From Escherichia phage vB_EcoM-813R1, in the sequence record ON470617.2: a stretch of DNA of 64,000 nt. The stretch is one strand, 5' to 3'. Below, piece after piece: positions 10,168 through 18,175 of the stretch. The notes under the pieces were generated by a model. It searched no databases. It was not told where the DNA came from and worked only from the letters and a program-made list of their open reading frames with translations. Position 1 is the stretch's first letter. Every line of letters starts with the position of its first letter. A program made the position numbers and the translations under genes.

Positions 10168-10854
10168 ACGAAAATATTAAATTTACTTTCTGTTGGAAGA
10201 GTGCTTTTTAGTAACTCCCTGTTTGTATGTGATTTTATCCTGTTTATGACTTGGATTTTTCCCGCGTTGCTATTCATTCCTCGATGAACGTAGCCTAACG
10301 CACCAATGAAAAGATCCGTTAGCTGCAATTGTTGCACTTCATGAGATCGTATATGTTGAATTCTGTTTATCGACTCATGATTGTAATCATAGCGATCATT
10401 GTGAAGAACTCCTCTTAATTTCTCAATTTTTTCAATACCTAAAGTATCTTTTATATCTAGGTAGATATTGTATGTGTTGTTACTTTCTATTATGTTTTTT
10501 AAGACATAAAAAACATCTTATAATAGAAAGTATTGTGATCTTGATGGAATCGAGCATGGTCCAGTTGCTCTTTATCAGGAACAACAACACCTCTAAAGCG
10601 CAATGCTGGGTTGCTGAAGAAGTAATCTACGACCTCTAAGTAAAATTCAACTTTGGACGCAGATACTTTAGTCCACTTGATTTCGAAATCAGGTTTTAAA
10701 TTGTGTTTTAATTTTAATCCCTTGATGTCTCTAGCAATTTTTTTGTGATAGTGCCAGGACACCAAAGCGCACCCAATACCATGACTTTATTATGATCATT
10801 TAGTAGGTGACAGGATTCATCGCAGAATACATTAAATGTTCTTCGGTTCAACAT
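10152..10854 (-). CDS. DUF3800-like protein (N-terminal FCDES motif, C-terminal QLTDLFIGA motif); apparently frameshifted at a T7 run near 10740 and again near 10490
   Basis: Minus-strand start (+10852-10854) gives MLNRRTFNVFCDESCHL...; joins ORF 10499-10765 through a 7-nt homopolymer; downstream piece contains QLQLTDLFIGALGYVH. About 233 aa in total; strongly AT-rich. Confidence 0.45.
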
Positions 10855-11002
10855 GTTAACTCCACTTATTGTTAGGTAGAATTGTCCGTTAGTTGTTTAT
10901 TAATTGCAATAATGGGACGTTCTGATTTGCTAACTACGTCATCTTACCAGGACGCCTATGAGTTTTCCTCATGGCAAACTAGAGGTGTTGAAAGTATGCA
11001 TG

Positions 11003-11865
11003 GTTATAATTAGAGCAATCTATCACCCTCTGAATCCTACCGGTATACCCCATTGTTCGTTATCTTTATTTTTGGCTAATACCGCATTAAGTGCTTCGTT
11101 TACCGTCATGCAATGCGGTAGATTATCGAAGTTTGATATCCAGCCAATATCAGGAGAACGCTTGTTCTTCAGGTAAGCATATTTCCGCGCTGCCGCCTCT
11201 ACTTTCTGCTTGAACTCATGTTTTTGAGCGCGTTTTTGGATAACCGCAGATTGTCAGCCTTTGCTTTTGCCTCAGCGATCCATGAAGTCAGTTTTTTGAG
11301 GCTGGTCGTTCCGGTACCGCCGGAAACTGATCTTTTTGTTTTTTAATTTGTGACTTCTTATTCTTTATTGCCACGTCATCCTGACAGGGGAGGGGGTATC
11401 ATTTTGACATGGGGGTGTGGATAAAAAATCAAATAAAGCCAATGTCTTAGCGAGAACAGCTTTAACCTTGGTTGCGGCTGAAGAGATCTTTAATTTGCTT
11501 TCAATCAGCGCGTTTTTAGCGTGTTGTGCGAAGGCCAAAAAGGATGGTGTAAACCGGTACAGGTTAGCGCGGCGTTCACGGTGATCGCCGATAACAATCT
11601 CTACAGACAGAATTCCTTTGTTTACAGCTTCACGGAATGCACGAACGACGGTTGATTGGCTATAACCAGTTTCTGCCGCGATCAGGCGGTGAGGCTTGTG
11701 AATGAAGTATTCACTGGTTGTTGCCGCGAGATTTGCACATTGCGACAGGATATGCCCGGCGCTACGGGATAAACCGGAGTGTGTTACAAAGCAGGCCAAT
11801 TCATAGCCAGAAAAAGTAAAATCGCTCATCGTTATACAGCTCAGGAAAGTGACTTTAGCCAGCAT
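11003..11865 (-). CDS. repL: RepL-like lytic replication protein (HTH), apparently frameshifted near 11210 and 11350
   Basis: 166-aa ORF (11365-11865) with HTH GYSQSTVVRAFREAVNKGIL directly downstream of kilA; protein-like reading frames continue on the minus strand to about 11003, giving about 280 aa as expected for RepL. Confidence 0.45.
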
Positions 11866-11894
11866 TACAATGCTGGTGGTTCTTACTACGTCTG

Positions 11895-12695
11895 TTAGCG
11901 CGTTGCTGCGACAGGTACCAGCACACCAGCATCAAGCAATCGCTTCATCAGCCACTGCTGACCTTTGCCGGTTATACGAGTCGTGAAAGAAATCCTGCTT
12001 CCATTGCTTGTATCGATCACGGTTTCTTTAAGGGTGAAATACCCACGGGATATGTATTCTTGTTTGGGGACGTTCCTGCGTTCACCGGTTGCGATCAGAA
12101 TTCCGTTATCACGCAACCAGGTGAAGAGATAGTTTTGGCCCAGGCCGAGCACTTTGGCATAGTTGCCGATTAGAACCCCGCTGGCGGTAGCAACGCGTTC
12201 GGCGAATTCGACTTTAGGTGCATCCATAAGCATTTTTTGCTCCAGCCGTTGCTTTTGCTCTGCCAGGTCGGCAGCCAAACGGAGAGCTTCAGGGAGACTC
12301 TGCGGAATAGCAGGTTGTAATCTTCCGGCTCGATAGTCGATAAATGTCTGGTTTACCTTCAGCCGAAACGCGGGAGAAATCCAGCCTGCGTACTCCACAG
12401 CGAGCAATTCATGGGCAAAAGTGCCGCCGCCACGGCCTTCGAACGAAACTATGCAATTCTGCATAGTTTCTTTTTCAAGCTCTTCGATGAGCTGTTTGGC
12501 TGACAGCGTTCTTAGCCATTGAGCTGGCGCTTTATGGGCACCGAGTCCGCTCGCTCTGTGTAGAGCATTAAGGTTGTAACGGCCAGCGCGGTCGGTCGTA
12601 ATTTCAACACCACAAATAACAGGCAGAGTGGTTGAAGGATCGACATTTTGATGAAGGTTTGATATATTCATATCCGCATTGAATGTTTGTTGCAT
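11895..12695 (-). CDS. kilA: KilA (KilA-N/Bro-N type N-terminal domain plus KilA-C/Ant C-terminal domain)
   Basis: 266-aa ORF; C-terminal about 130 aa is a close paralogue of the Ant C-terminus (LPEALRLAAxLAEQK...TGKGQQWL); a C1 operator lies just upstream and repL downstream. Confidence 0.65.
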   Translation of the reverse strand: MQQTFNADMNISNLHQNVDPSTTLPVICGVEITTDRAGRYNLNALHRASGLGAHKAPAQWLRTLSAKQLIEELEKETMQNCIVSFEGRGGGTFAHELLAVEYAGWISPAFRLKVNQTFIDYRAGRLQPAIPQSLPEALRLAADLAEQKQRLEQKMLMDAPKVEFAERVATASGVLIGNYAKVLGLGQNYLFTWLRDNGILIATGERRNVPKQEYISRGYFTLKETVIDTSNGSRISFTTRITGKGQQWLMKRLLDAGVLVPVAATR

Positions 12696-12764
12696 TTTTT
12701 CTCCAAATTTGCATCAACCTTCAATCACCAGCTCGAAATGGTGATTCTTTGCACTTAGAAAACG

Positions 12765-12781
12765 AAATTTATTAGAGCAAA
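12765..12781 (-). promoter_or_regulatory. C1 repressor operator (16/17 match to ATTGCTCTAATAAATTT) upstream of kilA-repL
   Basis: Top strand aaatttattagagcaaa; located 70 bp upstream of the kilA start. Confidence 0.65.
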
Positions 12782-12859
12782 TTTTTCTGACTCGATCCAG
12801 ATCGGGTTGGACGATCTGCTCAGAAACCTGCCAGTTTGCTGGCAGGTTTTTTTCTTTTG

Positions 12860-13903
12860 TTAACCTATTGCTACTGGTTTTAACAAACCAGCATCAAGTA
12901 GCTTGCGAGTTAACCACTGCTGGCCTTTACCCGTTAATTGGGGCGTCAGCCGTATCTGGTAGCCATTTTCATCATCCAGCACCACTTCTTTCACCGTGAA
13001 ATACCCGGCGTTGATGTACTGTTGGCGCGGTACGTTTTTGCGCGCACCAAAAGCCATGAGAATGCCGTTCTGGCGCAACCATGAGAAAAGGGCGTTTTGC
13101 TTAAGTCCAACGACCTTTGCAAAGTTCCCGATCAGGATTCCATTGGCCGCTGATACCCGGTCGGCAAAATCGACTTTAGGGGCTGCGGCCACCAGCTGCT
13201 GTTCCAACTGCATTTTCTGTTCTGCCAACTCGGCAGCCAGGCGTAGAGCTTCTGGTAATGTTTGGGGGATCGATGGGGCAGGGGAGTTTGCCTGCTGCAA
13301 TTCTTCCAGTTTGTCGATCAGCGAACGGCGGACCGCTTTTGACTCACGCGCGGCGACTCGCAAGGCTTGTTTGTAGGTCATGGTGATGACCTCAAAAGAG
13401 CGCCCAGCCCTTGTGCCATGGGATTTTGCACTTTTTGTGTAAAATTCACCTTCAAGTTCATCGAGTATTTTTTCGATGAATTTATTGTTTCTAACCTCTG
13501 GTTCTCCACATAACTTGCGTGCCTCATTGACCATCTTCAACAATGTTTGGCTGTCGATTGTGTCTCCGGTGTTGGGGATGACATTCACGGCTGGTGTTGG
13601 CGTAGCTGACGTAACAGGTGCTGGTTTCTCAACATTCAAATTTTTACCGGTCACTCTATGTGCCTCCTTTCTCATTTCTGCTGCCACTGTTGCGTAACGT
13701 AGACGTCCTTGTTCAATCAAATAATCCCTGATCTCGGCTATCAGTAGCCTGTTGATCACAGCCTTATCTGTTCGGGTATAAAAACGTCTGGTTATCATGA
13801 AATAGTTAGCAATTGCGCCGGGGATCTCCCGTGTCGGCATACAGGCAGTATGCAAGGCGATCGCTTCGGCTATTTCATTACGGGTGACGAGAGGTGTTTT
13901 CAT
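12860..13903 (-). CDS. ant1: Antirepressor Ant (immI region)
   Basis: ORF 12860-14005; likely start MKTPLVTRNEIAE at 13903, immediately after the icd stop (translational coupling); C-terminal KilA-C/Ant domain shared with KilA. Confidence 0.6.
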   Translation of the reverse strand: MKTPLVTRNEIAEAIALHTACMPTREIPGAIANYFMITRRFYTRTDKAVINRLLIAEIRDYLIEQGRLRYATVAAEMRKEAHRVTGKNLNVEKPAPVTSATPTPAVNVIPNTGDTIDSQTLLKMVNEARKLCGEPEVRNNKFIEKILDELEGEFYTKSAKSHGTRAGRSFEVITMTYKQALRVAARESKAVRRSLIDKLEELQQANSPAPSIPQTLPEALRLAAELAEQKMQLEQQLVAAAPKVDFADRVSAANGILIGNFAKVVGLKQNALFSWLRQNGILMAFGARKNVPRQQYINAGYFTVKEVVLDDENGYQIRLTPQLTGKGQQWLTRKLLDAGLLKPVAIG

Positions 13904-14118
13904 AACCCCCTGAACGTCGGCAGAGAAGGGGAGGCTCCAGTAACTAAGTGAATTGCGCGAGTTAGTTGAAAAACGGGCAGTAAAAATGCAGGGGCCATCA
14001 GGCAATTGAGAGCGTGCTTCGTCTTCTGTTGCTGCGATAACGAAGTGATAGTGGTGTTTTTACAGGAATAGAAACGCCAGATGAATTCTTGGCGTGCGCA
14101 AGGATTGGCATTAACCAT
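13900..14118 (-). CDS. icd: Icd-like small protein (interference with cell division), translationally coupled to ant
   Basis: About 72-codon reading frame starting MVNANPCARQEF... and ending on the codon adjacent to the ant start; position between the c4-like RNA region and ant. Confidence 0.5.
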   Translation of the reverse strand: MVNANPCARQEFIWRFYSCKNTTITSLSQQQKTKHALNCLMAPAFLLPVFQLTRAIHLVTGASPSLPTFRGL

Positions 14119-14275
14119 AGTTACGGCCTCATTCGTAGGTTTAACAACCTGCGCCCCGCTGCTAAACGGGTGGCAGGACGTGACGGGGTTAGCAGACTGG
14201 CACGAATGAAACCAGCAGGCCGAAGCCTCCCCATCACGCCCCACCATAATTCGGGCGTAACGTGGTTTTACGGAC

Positions 14276-14365
14276 ACAAAAATTCCGCAATATCGGATAT
14301 CTGCGGTTGTCCGCATTCGTATTCAGGCTGCTAAACCCGGTCGCAGAATTTGCTACGACGGCGGA
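14276..14365 (-). ncRNA. c4: Candidate c4-type antisense RNA with intrinsic terminator
   Basis: Between the C1 operator/promoter (about 14434) and icd; minus-strand hairpin CCGCAGATATCCGATATTGCGG followed by AATTTTTGTG (top strand 14275-14306). Exact 5' end not determined. Confidence 0.35.
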
Positions 14366-14433
14366 ACTATAAGCCTGAACGATTAAAAGGTCAATATGAT
14401 GCGAAAAGATAGCATTCGCGACTTAAAAATACA

Positions 14434-14450
14434 AATTTATTAGAGCATTA
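14434..14450 (-). promoter_or_regulatory. C1 operator (16/17) with overlapping second degenerate copy, at the immI promoter
   Basis: Top strand aaatttattagagcatt followed by atttgtgcaataaatgcac. Confidence 0.6.
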
Positions 14451-14545
14451 TTTGTGCAATAAATGCACAAATGGATCTAATAACCTCTTTTTTTAAAGGC
14501 GAAAATATGTACCCTAAATGGGTTATAAGGCAGGTGAGATTATAA

Positions 14546-14677
14546 TGAGAAGACTATTACTACCGTTATTATTTATGGCCGGGACTGTTAATGCAGCATC
14601 AAGCGTAAAGGAGATTTGTACCGATTATACGAAATACCTTGGGCACGTTTACGCCTTTGCGATCAATGACTATTAAT
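14546..14677 (+). CDS. 43-aa secreted peptide (signal peptide MRRLLLPLLFMAGTVNA)
   Basis: Short ORF with RBS and classic signal peptide, first gene of an AT-rich plus-strand cluster. Confidence 0.3.
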
Positions 14678-14679
14678 CC

Positions 14680-15015
14680 ATGCGTAGGAGTGGATTTATG
14701 CTGATTCGTTTGTTTTTAGTGCTTTCCTTTTTAACATTTAATGTTTTTGCTGATGAAGTTGACTTTTCGAAGGTAGATTGCAATTCAGTGGAAACAAGAA
14801 AAGCTCTTATTGAAGAATATAACGAAATATTATCGTCATATGGAATAACAGTGGTTGATTCTTATAATCAAAAAACTATTCAGAAAGGAATAAATAAACT
14901 GGTTTGTTATGGTGTTTACCAATATTCAGATGGCTCTTCGGAGTATGTTATTTATAAAGCATACCCAAATAGTCTTGGTGAATTGATTAGTGAGTTTAAA
15001 CCGATTAATGAGTGA
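14680..15015 (+). CDS. Small secreted protein (signal peptide; about 90 aa mature)
   Basis: 111-aa ORF with hydrophobic N-terminus LIRLFLVLSFLTFNVFA; AT-rich codon usage. Confidence 0.4.
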   Translation: MRRSGFMLIRLFLVLSFLTFNVFADEVDFSKVDCNSVETRKALIEEYNEILSSYGITVVDSYNQKTIQKGINKLVCYGVYQYSDGSSEYVIYKAYPNSLGELISEFKPINE

Positions 15016-15022
15016 ATGGAAA

Positions 15023-15616
15023 ATGAAATTATTTAATGTAATAACATTTTGTTGTGCTATTTTTGCTGGAAGCGCGATAGCTGATAATAAATTGCCAGAT
15101 TGGCTTTCTACTTCAAAAAAAGATTATGATTTAGTAAGGGTGTTCTATTTGTCTGGATTTGCCTCGAAAGCAATGAATAATCAATTTGGTTATCATTTTC
15201 CATCTGAGTTGGTTAATGATTTTAAAGATAATGAATTTGCCGCTCAGGAAAAATGGAATACAATTTCAATTCTATATGGTGAAATAAAATCCATAAGAAT
15301 GGTGAATAATGAACCAATTGTAGAGTTATTTACTCCAGGGGAAAATGCAACGCCACTAAATTATATCAAATTGAAAGTGTTGGATTCAAAACAAAACTCT
15401 CTGTTAAAACTAAAAAAATGGGATGATATATATGCAGTGTGCTCCGGTGCTAATTTTAGGTTAGTGCCAATTCTGAGCAACTGCACTCCAGCAACTGACG
15501 TCATTGATGCTGCACTCTCTTTTCTGGTGAATATATGTTCCCTGCTTTTGATTCTTTTTCACCTACTAAGCAAAACGTCAAATATATATTCACAAATCAA
15601 GATCCTGTTCAGATGA
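15023..15616 (+). CDS. Secreted protein, possibly SimC-like superinfection-exclusion factor
   Basis: Start MKLFNVITFCCAIFAGSAIA (signal peptide) inside ORF 14990-15616; about 198 aa; position between immI and pmgC matches the P1 sim locus. Confidence 0.4.
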   Translation: MKLFNVITFCCAIFAGSAIADNKLPDWLSTSKKDYDLVRVFYLSGFASKAMNNQFGYHFPSELVNDFKDNEFAAQEKWNTISILYGEIKSIRMVNNEPIVELFTPGENATPLNYIKLKVLDSKQNSLLKLKKWDDIYAVCSGANFRLVPILSNCTPATDVIDAALSFLVNICSLLLILFHLLSKTSNIYSQIKILFR

Positions 15617-15801
15617 TGAATTTTATAGGGTACCTATCCTTAGTCGATACAACGAAGGATAAGAATAAAATGGATATGGTTCGTAAGTGTACGCCTTGGA
15701 AGCCGGAATGTTCACAACAATTCGTTGATGTAATGGAAGGATTTGATAACATCATGTATAAATATGAGAGGGAATTTAAAAATTACATAGAATTAAAATA
15801 G
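15535..15801 (+). CDS. Hypothetical small protein (62-88 aa)
   Basis: ORF overlapping the end of the preceding gene; likely real start at the internal MM (about 15613); followed by a terminator. Confidence 0.3.
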   Translation: MFPAFDSFSPTKQNVKYIFTNQDPVQMMNFIGYLSLVDTTKDKNKMDMVRKCTPWKPECSQQFVDVMEGFDNIMYKYEREFKNYIELK

Positions 15802-15833
15802 TATTTGAAAGGATAGTCAATTTAAGTTTTAAC

Positions 15834-15864
15834 AAAACGCCCATTAAAGGGCGTTTTATTGTTT
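15834..15864 (+). terminator. Rho-independent terminator
   Basis: aaAACGCCCattaaaGGGCGTTttattgtttt. Confidence 0.65.
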
Positions 15865-15986
15865 TACTCAAAACAATCTGATTATGTGATAACCATATCA
15901 TATTCCTCATTCCACCTACACTGATTACCCCCCAGACAACAACATTCCTACTCAATGAACAAATGACTACTCGTAGAATCGGTTAA

Positions 15987-16577
<591 letters not shown>

Positions 16578-16587
16578 GGGGGCTGAT

Positions 16588-17199
16588 ATGGGGCTTAATG
16601 TTGCTTCAGTAAAGTCTTATGTATCTTCGGCATTAACGACGACATTATTTGGCTCCGGCGTTGGTGAGCGGGAAGTTGGTAAGCTGACGTCAATCATCAT
16701 GAACAAAATGCTGTTCGCGCAAGGATGGCAGTTCTCTGTCGAAGTTGATGGTCTGGAGGGGGCAGACTTCTTTGCTAAAGACATTACCTACCACGATTAC
16801 AGCATCGAATATGAAACGATTAAAATCGGCGGAGGGAATATCCTTCAGCCAACGGAGCGTTCGCCTGGGCAGATAACAATGATGGTCAGGGATACCGTTG
16901 ATGGCCTCGTTTTGGACTGGTTTAAGACGGCAAAAAGTCGGGTGATCAATCCGGACGGTACCGGGAATATACCGTCTAAATATTTGCTCAATGTGCGTAT
17001 TTATCGGTTGCTGTCCTCCGGTTTAACCAAACTGGAAAATGAGATGACGGTATTCCCGGTCACTACCGGCGATGTCACCTATGCGCGGGATCAGGTTACG
17101 GAATTTAAGTCATTCCCAATGACCTTCGCATTGCACAGCACGTTTAACCAATCCTCAAGTTCTTTGGCTTCCCTTCTGGGCTTTAGTTTTTCTCTTTGA
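16588..17199 (+). CDS. Probable tail tube protein (P1 tub position)
   Basis: 203-aa intact ORF with RBS gagggggc; synteny-based. Confidence 0.35.
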   Translation: MGLNVASVKSYVSSALTTTLFGSGVGEREVGKLTSIIMNKMLFAQGWQFSVEVDGLEGADFFAKDITYHDYSIEYETIKIGGGNILQPTERSPGQITMMVRDTVDGLVLDWFKTAKSRVINPDGTGNIPSKYLLNVRIYRLLSSGLTKLENEMTVFPVTTGDVTYARDQVTEFKSFPMTFALHSTFNQSSSSLASLLGFSFSL

Positions 17200-17213
17200 A
17201 TTAAGGAGCAAGG

Positions 17214-18164
17214 ATGCTTTTACCCCTTTTCCCGCTACCATCGCGGCCAACTGAATTGATCCAGTTCCGTCAGCCAAATATTGCTGATGCGATGCGTTTC
17301 AACTCGATAACACTGGAGGAACAAGAACAACAGACAACGGCGTATTTAAAAGCCTTGCTGGCTGAACCCGCGAAACATGATCCCCTGACATGGACGGCGC
17401 AGGACCGGATTACCGCGTTATGGTGGATATTTACCGGCTCCCGTGAAACACCGGTCGAGACATTCACCTACACCTGTAAACATTGCGGTAAAGAGCATTA
17501 TTACGATTGCGATATGAATGCTCTGGCTGAAGATATCCAGGTCCTGGAAGTGGAACCTTTCATTGACGATATTGAGGTGTCTGTAGAGGAGTACCTTATC
17601 AATGGCGTATCGTGCCGCTTGATGGTTGGGCAATGGAAATGCTGGAGATGCGCCGTGCAGCATTGCCACCTGAAGACGACGCGGAATTCAAAGAAGCGAT
17701 CGTTGATTTGCGTTTTTGGGAATTCGCTTATCAGTGTGAGCTTTATAACGATGTTAGCGGTACTCGTGAAGATCAGGCTGAGCGTCGTTATGAAACGATT
17801 AAACGGATGGCCATTGATACTGAATTTATGAAGCTGGCTGCACACATCCGGCTGGCTCATGAAAAGCTCGAACATGGTTTACCGTGCTACATCGATAAAG
17901 GCGAAATGCGTCTTCGTCTCCCGCCGCACAAATGCCCAAACCAGGATACAAAGGAGTCCACAGAGGGTGCGTATACCCGTCTGTGGGTGCCCTTTCGGGC
18001 TACCGACTTCATTCCACAGGTGGGGATTGAAAAGCTATCAGACCTTAGTGTCCAACCTGGTTTTGTATGGGGGTATACCGATTCAGGACGCTGAAAGGCT
18101 CACTGAATCCTATGCGTTTTTCCTGTTGGAGAAACTGGAAGAAAAACTTAAACCGAAGCGGTAG
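17214..18164 (+). CDS. Putative morphogenetic protein (P1 pmgB position), with two apparent frameshifts (about 17620 and 18070)
   Basis: ORF 17214-17831 turns into Cys-rich junk after about 17620, while ORF 17612-18094 continues protein-like; C-terminus again switches frame at gggggtat (about 18065). Confidence 0.35.
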
Positions 18165-18175
18165 GCGATAAGATC

